Below are positions 37,401 through 43,144 of a stretch of 43,144 nucleotides of DNA, in pieces. A model generated the notes under the pieces. That model saw only the letters and a list, made by a program, of their open reading frames with translations, was not told the origin of the DNA and did no database searches. The stretch is from Flavobacteriales bacterium (GTDB lineage: Bacteria; Bacteroidota; Bacteroidia; Flavobacteriales_H; JAHEZO01): the NCBI GenBank assembly GCA_023250995.1, contig JAHEZO010000003.1, forward strand, positions 1 to 43,144, read 5' to 3'. Within the stretch, counting starts at the first letter, position 1; each line of letters opens with the position of its first letter. Made by a program: the position numbers and the translations under genes.

Positions 37401-40400
37401 GCAACACTTCCCGAAAGCGTAAGAGTGCATCCGCTTCCGATAGTAAGGTTATTTACATTGGTCGGTGTACTTGCTGATCCGCTTAGTGTAAGTGTCGGCT
37501 GAAATGTTGCCGATGAGTTATTGATGGTAACATTGGCAGTAGTTGCATTCGGAACAGAAGTAGGAAGCCAGTTTGCGGCAGTCGTCCACGCTGTACTTGT
37601 TCCTCCTACCCATGTCCATGAATTTACCGGACAAGGATCATTATTCACTTCTGCAAGATTGAAAGGATAGGTTCCGGCCGATGTGAGGGCTACAGAAGTT
37701 TTTGTAATAGTTGTGTTGGCTCCTGATGTTCCGTTCGATGTTTGTGCTTGTACTGTCCAACAACTGATGTATCTCCAGAAATTTACATTGGTCGCGCTCG
37801 AGGGTGCAGTATTAAAATCCGCATTCTGATAAGTCATGGTAACATTTGGTCCTGTGCTGCCGATAGTTCCGCTCAATGTAACATTTGCAATATAGTTTGC
37901 CCGGGTATTGTTTAAAGGAATTGCATCAACAGTTGGAACATTGGTGGGTGAATAAGATGTTCCTCCGGTATGATCAGTGAATCCGATTTTTACTGTTTCG
38001 CTCACAACAATATTTGTAGTTGCATTTGTCGTCAAAGTAAAAGGCCTGAAACCATTCACTACTCCGGCTGGCCCAATAGGAAAATTCAAAGTAAGTCCGC
38101 TGTTCAGGGCGGCAGTGATTTCATTGAGAATAAATCCTCCGCTGGTTCCAAGAAAAGCAAAATAACTTTTTGCATTTCCTGTATTAAATGCGGTGATCAG
38201 ATTTCCTGCAGTGGCAGCATTGTTTGTGTACGTAACTGTATTGTTCCCCATACTTACAATTCCGCTTGTTAAAGTTAAGGTAGCTGCGGATGTGGAAAAA
38301 GTCAGGTTGCCGCTTACAGCAAGTACTCCGCCTCCGGATGCATTTCCGTTCATCACCAAAGCAGAGGATGCTGCAGCAAGAGTGATGTTTCCGGAAAAAG
38401 TTACAGTGGGACTTGCAGTTGAATTTGTGGTGCTGCTGTTGTTGAAAGTAATTGATTGAAATGTTTGCGCTCCACCCGAAAGATTTATTGTTCCCATATT
38501 GGTTGAGCTTCCGCCTATGATCAGTATCGCGTTGCTTGTTCCGCTGGTGAGTGTGCCTGATCCGCTCACTGTTCCGTTCATGGTAAGTGTAATCCCGGTG
38601 TTCACCGTGAATGCGCCCGACTGAAAATAAAGAACTCCACTTACGGTAGTGGAAGTTGCAAGCGCTGCACCCGCGCTGTTATTTATCGTAAGATTCGGAA
38701 TGGTGGAGCTTGTAAATGTTCCCCCGATAGTTAGCGTCTGAGCACCGCTTCCATTTAATAATACTGTGGAACCGGCAGAACTGGCGTTAAAAGTTCCGGT
38801 GTTACTGATCACTGCACCTGTGGCAGATAATCCAAGGGAGAATCCATTTACATTGAAAGTGGCTCCACCGATGGAAGTAGTTAAACTTCCTATGTTGGCA
38901 TTTTTATCCAGCGTAACAACATCTGTTGCAAGAGAAACTGTGAGGACTCCGTTAGTAGGAGTAGTAGAGACAGGCAATTCATTTAACACAGTATATGTTT
39001 GAGAAGTTCCGTTATAAGTTATTGCGTAAGCCCCCGAAGTAAAATTAAATGTTGGAACAGTAGCGAGCGAACCCGCACCGCGCGTGGTGGTAACCGCAGT
39101 TGCAGGAATTCCAATTGTTAAAGTTCCGCTTCCGCCTAAAATTCCGGTGGTGAGGTTTAATGCAGTTTGAACTGCCACATTCACATTGAGATTCACTGCA
39201 GGATTAGATCCTGAATTATTATTGACAGTAAGATTGAGTAATCGTCCAGCGGTTCCTGTGGTCCAACTGCCTCCTCCCGAAATTGTCTGAGCAACGCTTC
39301 CGTTCATATTCAAAGCCGAAGAAGCGGTGGTGGAAATAATTGTTCCGCTATTGGTTACATCATTTTTCACCGACAGCGTTTGCCCGTTCAGATTGAAATA
39401 TCCGCTTGCAATAACATTCAGATAATTTACCGTGATGGCTCCACCCATCTGCGCACCGGAAGCCGCATTTGTATTTGAAGAACTGATCTGGTTGATCAAT
39501 GCGCCCGTGATGGTTCCACCTGCAGTGAATGTTTGTGCAGCGGTTCCGTTCAGCAGTACAATGGAGGTAGAAGCGTTCGCTGTGAAAGTTCCGGTGTTGC
39601 TCAGAGCCGGTGTGCCTGAAAGGCCTAGTGTAAATCCGTTTACATTAAATGTGTTGCTCGCAAGCGATGTAGTAAGCGTTCCTATGTTGGCATCTGCGCT
39701 GAGCGTTACATTGGTATTCGCAGTATTAACCGTAAGAGCACCATTAGTAGGAGTAGAGGAGAGCGGAACTTCATTTCCTGTATTGATCGCTCCTCCACCA
39801 TTATAAGTTATTGCATAAGCTCCCGAAGTGAAATTAAATGCCGGAACATTTGACAGTGAACCGGCAGTGCGTGTGGTGGTAACCGTTGTTGCCGGAATTC
39901 CGATAGTTAAAGTTCCGCTTCCTCCAAGAATTCCCGCAGTAAGATTTAATGCTGTTTGAACAGCCACATTCATATTCAGATTCATTGCAGGATTTGCGCC
40001 TGAATTATTATTGATGGTGAGATTTAGTAATCTGCCGGCAGTTCCGGTTGTCCATGTTCCCGATCCTGAAATTGTTTGCACTCCGCTACCGTTCATGTTC
40101 AATGTTGAACTTGCAGAAGTAGTGGTGATCGTTCCGTTATTGGTAACATCACCCGCTACATTCACCGTGAAGCCGTTGAAATGCATGGTGCCGGCAGAAA
40201 CAGAAAGATTACCTGCGATGGTGAGCGCTCCCGCAATGGTTCCGGTTGCAGAAGTTTGCCCTGCATTGTTCCATGTAAAATGCCCGAAGGTTCCGGATGT
40301 GCCCGTAGGATTTGTAGTGGTGGTTCCTGTGATGTTACAAGTGGAAGTTGCGTTCCACGCAGCTGTCGGAACTGTTCCTCCATTGATAGCGTGATAGTAA

Positions 40401-43144
40401 TTTGATCCGGCACCAAAAACAAAAGTGGCAGCAGAAGTAGTGAGAGTTCCTCCATTCTGATTCACAATTCCCGTGGATGACACCGTTACTATGGTAGAAC
40501 CAAGCGCGCTTGTATTAAAAGTAGAACTCGTGTTTACGTTCAATGTTCCCGAAATATCCCCACGCTGGCTGGCAGTACTGGCATAGGTAAGAGAAACTGT
40601 TGCACCCAATGTTAATGTTGAACCGCTTGCAATGCTGATATTATTTGTGAGTGTTGCACCGTTGATAGAAATTGTAGAGGCGCCCGATGAATTAAAAGTC
40701 ACCGCAGTGTTATTTGAGATCAGGATCTGATTTTCTGTTTCACTGGGAATATTTGTTGCGGTGGAAGTTCCTCCTGAATTAAACTTAAGAATGTCGGTAG
40801 AGCAGGCGGTGAATCGCGAAGGGCTCCAATTTGTAGGAGTCACCCAGCTGGCGCTTCCCGATGTCGGAAGCCATGTATAGGTTTGCGGGGGATTGTATCG
40901 GATGGCAAAATCATTTCCTCCCAGTGCACCTGAAACATTTGTAAATGATTGCAGCGTGGCTGCAGTCGGAGAAGTGACGGTAGAATTTAACTGATACCAG
41001 TTGCTTCCATCCCAACGGTTAAGCTGATCATTGGTTGAGTTAACAGTTCCAACAATGTCCGATGCCGTGTTAATAAACGTTGCAGTCAGTGTACTGTAGG
41101 AGTAGGAGGTGAACGAACCGGATTCTGTGAATGTCCAGTAACGGCTCACATAATTTGTTTGAGAATAATTTGAACTTATCTGTGAGTGGATTGCATCGTT
41201 GACAATAACTCCTATCGTTGCCGTAGCTCCGGCAGGATTAAAATTTGTGAACTGAACAGGAGTATACTCCGCGCTTCCGCTATTATCTCCTATAGGGAAA
41301 GTGAAATTAGTATTTGTTGCAGCGGGAAATATTTTTTTCAGTTGGCCGGACCCAACGGATGCATCTGCAACAATCATGTTTGTTGCAGCAGGAGTTGTGA
41401 TGCTAATGGTGGAAACGGAAGAAAGTATCAGGTCGTAATTTCCAAGAATTGTTTTTCCGGCTCCGGCTGCAATTGTTAAACCTGTGCCGTTTGCATTCAG
41501 TGTAATGGAACTGTTCAATGAAATTCCATTCGTATTATTCACAGTGAGTGCGCTTAAGTTTGAAATACTAGAAGGAATACTTACTCCGGCTGTACTTCCT
41601 CCGAACGTAAGCAATGAAGAAGTAGTGGTGGAAAGATTCGTTGGTGTTCCGGCTATGGCAGGACCGTTGAGCGTAAGCGTAAATGCTCCAACACTGAATG
41701 TTCCGGTTGTCAGCGTCAAGGTTCCTGTTGTTCCGATAATAATATTTCCGGTCATGGTTGCTCCCAGCGCATCATTCAATTCAAGATTATTAAAAGTTCC
41801 TCCGCCTGAAAGGTTGTGCGCAGCACTTCCTCCGCTCAATAAAATTTTTCCTGCCCCGCTGTGTGTTCCTGTCATTACGGCATTTCCATTTACGGTAATT
41901 GTATTTCCACCATCGGCAAAAGTTCCGGCATTTACAGTTAAGTTTCCTGAAACATTAATTGCTCCGTTGGCAGTTTTAGTACTTGCAGAAGATAAAGTAA
42001 GATGACCGTAGGAAGAAGGCGTGGAAGAAATTGTTTGTGCTCCCGTGCAATTATAAATTACCGTTGAAGTTGCGCTAAGTGAAATATTGGCATTTGTGAA
42101 ACTTATCGGAAACGATGTTACAGTTGCACTGCCCGCACCTATTTGAAGAGTTGCTCCTGCGGCAACGGAAAGAATTCCCAAGGCATTGCCCGTTATCTGA
42201 AATGCGCCATCTGCAAAAGTTCCGTTGCTCACCGTGAGATTATTATTCACCGTAATGGCAGCTGTTCCAAGTGTTCCAATCTGTCCTGATTTATCTATCG
42301 TGAGATCGTAATAGCTCAAGGATCCCTTCACTGTTTGCGCTCCGCTTGCGCTGTTGTAAATTACCGAATTGGGTGTGTTCGCTGTACAATTCAATCCCGT
42401 GATGCCGGAAGTTCCCCCTATATTCAGAGTAGTGCTTGTTCCCATTGTTAACGTGCCTGCACCCGAAAGGGCGGTTGAAACAGTGAGCGTGGTAATATTA
42501 TTTGTAAGCGTTCCGCTCACAGTCATACTTGGAATGCTGATTGAAGTTGTGGTGCCGCTGATCGTTTTTGTTGCGCCTGAAAAAGTATAAACTCCGGAAC
42601 CCGCAGTAAATGTTGTTCCGTTGTGAACGAGATTTCCCGCAATAGTTACCGCTGCATTTCCGGAATTGTTCCAGGTGCCGTAGTTGGTGACATCACCCGT
42701 AAATGTTTTTGTTCCCGTTGCATTTGTGATGGAAAGTGTTGCTCCGCTTGCAATGGTGGTTGTTCCGTTTACGGATAACGAAGTTGAGAATGAGCCGAAG
42801 CCCAGCGTTCCCGCAGTGATCGTGATTGTTCCGTTAACAGTGGCTGTGCCGGTACTGGTCCACGTAGCGTTTTGCGTATCATCCAATTCAATATTTCCAA
42901 ATATGCCGGGAGTTCCACTGATGGTATGGCTTCCACTTCCTCCGTTGAGATAAATTTTTCCTGCCCCTGAATACGTTGCATTGTTCGTTACATTTCCTTT
43001 AATGGTGATAGTGTTTCCTCCATCTGCAAAAGTTCCGGCATTGATCGTTAAATTACCATTGAGTGTTAAAGGAGTCGTGGCAGTTTTTGTACTTGCACCT
43101 GACAAAGTAAGATTTCCATACGATGACGGAGTGCTGGAAATATT
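31499..43144 (-). CDS. Giant secreted beta-strand-repeat / beta-helix surface protein with a T9SS C-terminal sorting domain (5' end beyond the window; at least 3,881 codons present)
   Basis: The ORF-track M at 43105 is an internal TTG (Leu). The frame stays open to 43144, reading NISSTPSSYGNLTLSGASTKT, a motif repeated at about 42010. The C terminus has LLNFSGILIEGNSHLFWSTASETNNDYF...YYRLKQTDFDGRY, then VFPNPVTESLNVEI...LTDLLGREV...GIYFIIIS...KIVKE (Por-secretion tail). Confidence 0.9.
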   Translation of the reverse strand, partial: NISSTPSSYGNLTLSGASTKTATTPLTLNGNLTINAGTFADGGNTITIKGNVTNNATYSGAGKIYLNGGSGSHTISGTPGIFGNIELDDTQNATWTSTGTATVNGTITITAGTLGFGSFSTSLSVNGTTTIASGATLSITNATGTKTFTGDVTNYGTWNNSGNAAVTIAGNLVHNGTTFTAGSGVYTFSGATKTISGTTTSISIPSMTVSGTLTNNITTLTVSTALSGAGTLTMGTSTTLNIGGTSGITGLNCTANTPNSVIYNSASGAQTVKGSLSYYDLTIDKSGQIGTLGTAAITVNNNLTVSNGTFADGAFQITGNALGILSVAAGATLQIGAGSATVTSFPISFTNANISLSATSTVIYNCTGAQTISSTPSSYGHLTLSSASTKTANGAINVSGNLTVNAGTFADGGNTITVNGNAVMTGTHSGAGKILLSGGSAAHNLSGGGTFNNLELNDALGATMTGNIIIGTTGTLTLTTGTFSVGAFTLTLNGPAIAGTPTNLSTTTSSLLTFGGSTAGVSIPSSISNLSALTVNNTNGISLNSSITLNANGTGLTIAAGAGKTILGNYDLILSSVSTISITTPAATNMIVADASVGSGQLKKIFPAATNTNFTFPIGDNSGSAEYTPVQFTNFNPAGATATIGVIVNDAIHSQISSNYSQTNYVSRYWTFTESGSFTSYSYSTLTATFINTASDIVGTVNSTNDQLNRWDGSNWYQLNSTVTSPTAATLQSFTNVSGALGGNDFAIRYNPPQTYTWLPTSGSASWVTPTNWSPSRFTACSTDILKFNSGGTSTATNIPSETENQILISNNTAVTFNSSGASTISINGATLTNNISIASGSTLTLGATVSLTYASTASQRGDISGTLNVNTSSTFNTSALGSTIVTVSSTGIVNQNGGTLTTSAATFVFGAGSNYYHAINGGTVPTAAWNATSTCNITGTTTTNPTGTSGTFGHFTWNNAGQTSATGTIAGALTIAGNLSVSAGTMHFNGFTVNVAGDVTNNGTITTTSASSTLNMNGSGVQTISGSGTWTTGTAGRLLNLTINNNSGANPAMNLNMNVAVQTALNLTAGILGGSGTLTIGIPATTVTTTRTAGSLSNVPAFNFTSGAYAITYNGGGAINTGNEVPLSSTPTNGALTVNTANTNVTLSADANIGTLTTSLASNTFNVNGFTLGLSGTPALSNTGTFTANASTSIVLLNGTAAQTFTAGGTITGALINQISSSNTNAASGAQMGGAITVNYLNVIASGYFNLNGQTLSVKNDVTNSGTIISTTASSALNMNGSVAQTISGGGSWTTGTAGRLLNLTVNNNSGSNPAVNLNVNVAVQTALNLTTGILGGSGTLTIGIPATAVTTTRGAGSLATVPTFNFTSGAYAITYNGTSQTYTVLNELPVSTTPTNGVLTVSLATDVVTLDKNANIGSLTTSIGGATFNVNGFSLGLSATGAVISNTGTFNASSAGSTVLLNGSGAQTLTIGGTFTSSTIPNLTINNSAGAALATSTTVSGVLYFQSGAFTVNTGITLTMNGTVSGSGTLTSGTSNAILIIGGSSTNMGTINLSGGAQTFQSITFNNSSTTNSTASPTVTFSGNITLAAASSALVMNGNASGGGVLAVSGNLTFSTSAATLTLTSGIVSMGNNTVTYTNNAATAGNLITAFNTGNAKSYFAFLGTSGGFILNEITAALNSGLTLNFPIGPAGVVNGFRPFTLTTNATTNIVVSETVKIGFTDHTGGTSYSPTNVPTVDAIPLNNTRANYIANVTLSGTIGSTGPNVTMTYQNADFNTAPSSATNVNFWRYISCWTVQAQTSNGTSGANTTITKTSVALTSAGTYPFNLAEVNNDPCPVNSWTWVGGTSTAWTTAANWLPTSVPNATTANVTINNSSATFQPTLTLSGSASTPTNVNNLTIGSGCTLTLSGSVATSPLIVNGAFDNSGTVTFSGTVTGLTLIGTVTNSGTVTPNSGSTVTYQGISQTVMPLTYYTLTTSAATNPILSSAGNITIKTAFNPGTANYSAGNTNGSTVIFDGASSFVYNGFPFYNITVNSGTLTLGATSPITIANNLTINTGATLADGTNLITGPGSAGTFSINGTGIFTMTNASTANNSTNRCSFPIFLNFSFSTTSTVNFNGAAAQDVYAVPSPGYGNLSTSTGALANAKTAAGAFTIAGTLTVVNATSAFYDGGNIVTANGNISNNGTINGTSGSPGSGEILLAGTSAQTISGTGTNFGNIEFNNSHASGVSFSGTAGSLLTVNGNIVVTGGLLNIGNFTTGLTVAGTTTDGGTLTINGAAGTKTFTGDVTVSGTGTFNSTAVAANISFSGNLSNSGTFNVSTGTGTYSFNGTSKSISGAGSCSFGAVTMGGITDINSASTVNLSGLFTINAALTNNGILNSTGTAAIAGASSITNASNASFTLANASIGPTLTATANPNLVTYTGTAAQTVKGTTYYNLTIDKSSNTATLGGATTVSGDLIINNGTLAETASFFLTGPGSGSGKTFTINNSGIYTNLNTAASPFPLFQTYTFSSTSTVNYNGDNTQNIEALTYGNLSMTAATSGRTKTAVASFTVAGNFTNASANVTFALGNNNTITFNGTITNSGTFSGTSGPTSSIQFTGGVSTTLPAITNGLLNLTVNRSGFTVTNGGNLTVAGTLILSAGVFSIGAFTLTLTGDISVASGTLTGGTTSSLTISGTSTNLTIPAITNNLQNLTMNRANGATLGAALSLSTTGVLTLTNGLLTTTSSNLLTINNTATGGISGGSASSYVNGPLTRSFPASLGSGSTYTFPIGKGSYNLFELVNPTTSVAGTVTAEVFDANSGGTAGFGLSALNTNRYWSASASSGFLNTTTVRLTEGTLGTANRVGQSSTLAGTYVTRGGTSPSPVLSSNVGTSLGYFVLGTAGVVTLSGVYTVGNSGHLLKVTDVAKALNTYAVSGNVIFELQSDYDGSTGETFPVTFNQFTNSGGPWNATIRPASGISSMLTTSGATASAPFIDLNGVDRLTFDGRPGGSGNMSNILWTITNTTNGTSYPNFRFISAATSDTLEYVKVLGSPANTTGTILLSTGGNNNDVIQYNYIGNFSSYQYNGILATSASGTNSDIKIMNNNIYNFQGLAGSYPASGVFTNAAICVTSNNSGNNWTISGNSIYATTIPAGSSFVAGISFNAGSTSSGNSISGNYIGGNAAQATGTMSYKGHRGYNDINPQDFTGIYVNSGGTVSVSANIIQNINLDNTTGSNAGSQTFCGINVDGTSTLATYNVLNNRIGDPTASHGNIHAGQYGTMLGILNSSKAISTICGNNVCNMTSDGAFPNGTYTYDGIIGIMTYTAGQIGDNTITNNIVNGLISANNYRNNLYLPIPAGGSSYNTSPIYNMIIIGGIVLNTSYSETHTHMISNNQVYELEINMTGGTNKAYIEGIVAMAGPYGTTTIQNNVIYNFYYPDGFGGSGDYGGLVGIDLPSGNGSSPGANYYVQNNMISLGLKPDGTTVKNVYIFGIWDDNSSNNTGWLKYYFYDNTVYIEGTNDNTGGNNLNSYGIARYFNWSSAQYEAFTIKNNIVVNNRTTTAGTGKNYGIYLLNYNSTVNVTCDYNLVYGTGTNFYYGSAGNNTTNVDYSTLAAWSATPAPTSGTGFDINGQSSDPLLVSPSGTSPDLHIGSSSPAINSGTNVGVSKDYDDNTRSSPDIGADEYSASYSMYSWASTCSQAYSPLPIELLNFSGILIEGNSHLFWSTASETNNDYFAVERSLDAHYFSNIGKVKGAGNSSSPNDYSFVDRELPSILNPQLSTILYYRLKQTDFDGRYIYSKTISLSYSEKENIFAEVFPNPVTESLNVEIRSYENLNCQIKLTDLLGREVWKDKFKIKKNGNYQFDLTGINQGIYFIIISAEGENSERKFLQKIVKE
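38715..40200 (-). repeat. Internal tandem duplication (two units of about 790 bp) within the giant gene
   Basis: The protein block NMNGSGVQTISGSGTWTTGTAGRLLNLTINNNSGANPAMNLNMNVAVQTALNLTAGILGGSGTLTIGIPATTVTTTR... recurs as NMNGSVAQTISGGGSWTTGTAGRLLNLTVNNNSGSNPAVNLNVNVAVQTALNLTTGILGGSGTLTIGIPATAVTTTR.... The matching DNA (about 40030-40100 versus 39241-39312) is offset by roughly 788 bp. Confidence 0.8.

Noticed and set aside
1-43144. Prophage, genomic island, defence system or mobile element with a coding capacity
   Set aside because: I recognised no integrase, transposase, recombinase, reverse transcriptase, nuclease/helicase defence modules, toxin-antitoxin pairs, tRNA attachment sites or phage structural genes. 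The tail-fibre-like motifs sit in signal-peptide-bearing cellular surface proteins.

Overview
This is an AT-rich 43.1-kb chromosomal segment that looks like Bacteroidota. Three proteins end in T9SS (Por-type) C-terminal sorting domains, a PorP/SprF-family gene is present, and TAnnTTTG-type -7 boxes can be found. I support 25 coding regions, 21 of them on the minus strand, and found no rRNA, tRNA, CRISPR array, transposase or integrase. The left third (1-10 kb) holds a partial secreted beta-helix/collagen-like protein, PorP/SprF, and a run of oxidoreductase/hydrolase genes: SDR, aldehyde dehydrogenase, peptidase-C26 amidotransferase, NAD-epimerase, CPBP protease, Fe-ADH and P450. The middle (10-16 kb) holds a CotH-like T9SS cargo, an HMA metallochaperone-like protein, dxr, an outer-membrane-like protein with a CxxCH lipoprotein, and a collagen-like protein. 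The right part (16.6-29.2 kb) is a complete ilvE-D-B-N-C-A operon on the minus strand, followed by a second collagen-like gene and a 5'-truncated giant gene of more than 3,881 codons. Four points stand out. (1) A 25-codon Ile/Val-rich leader ORF with a terminator/antiterminator sits upstream of ilvE. (2) A 1,572-codon T9SS beta-helix surface-protein gene lies between ilvE and ilvD with 10-nt and 2-nt junctions. (3) At least five unrelated families of hairpin-forming low-complexity repeats occupy intergenic gaps, including a regularly spaced five-palindrome array inside the ilvB-ilvN junction. (4) Beta-helix and collagen-like surface modules recur together. All functional calls come from motif recognition by eye, and no database search was run.
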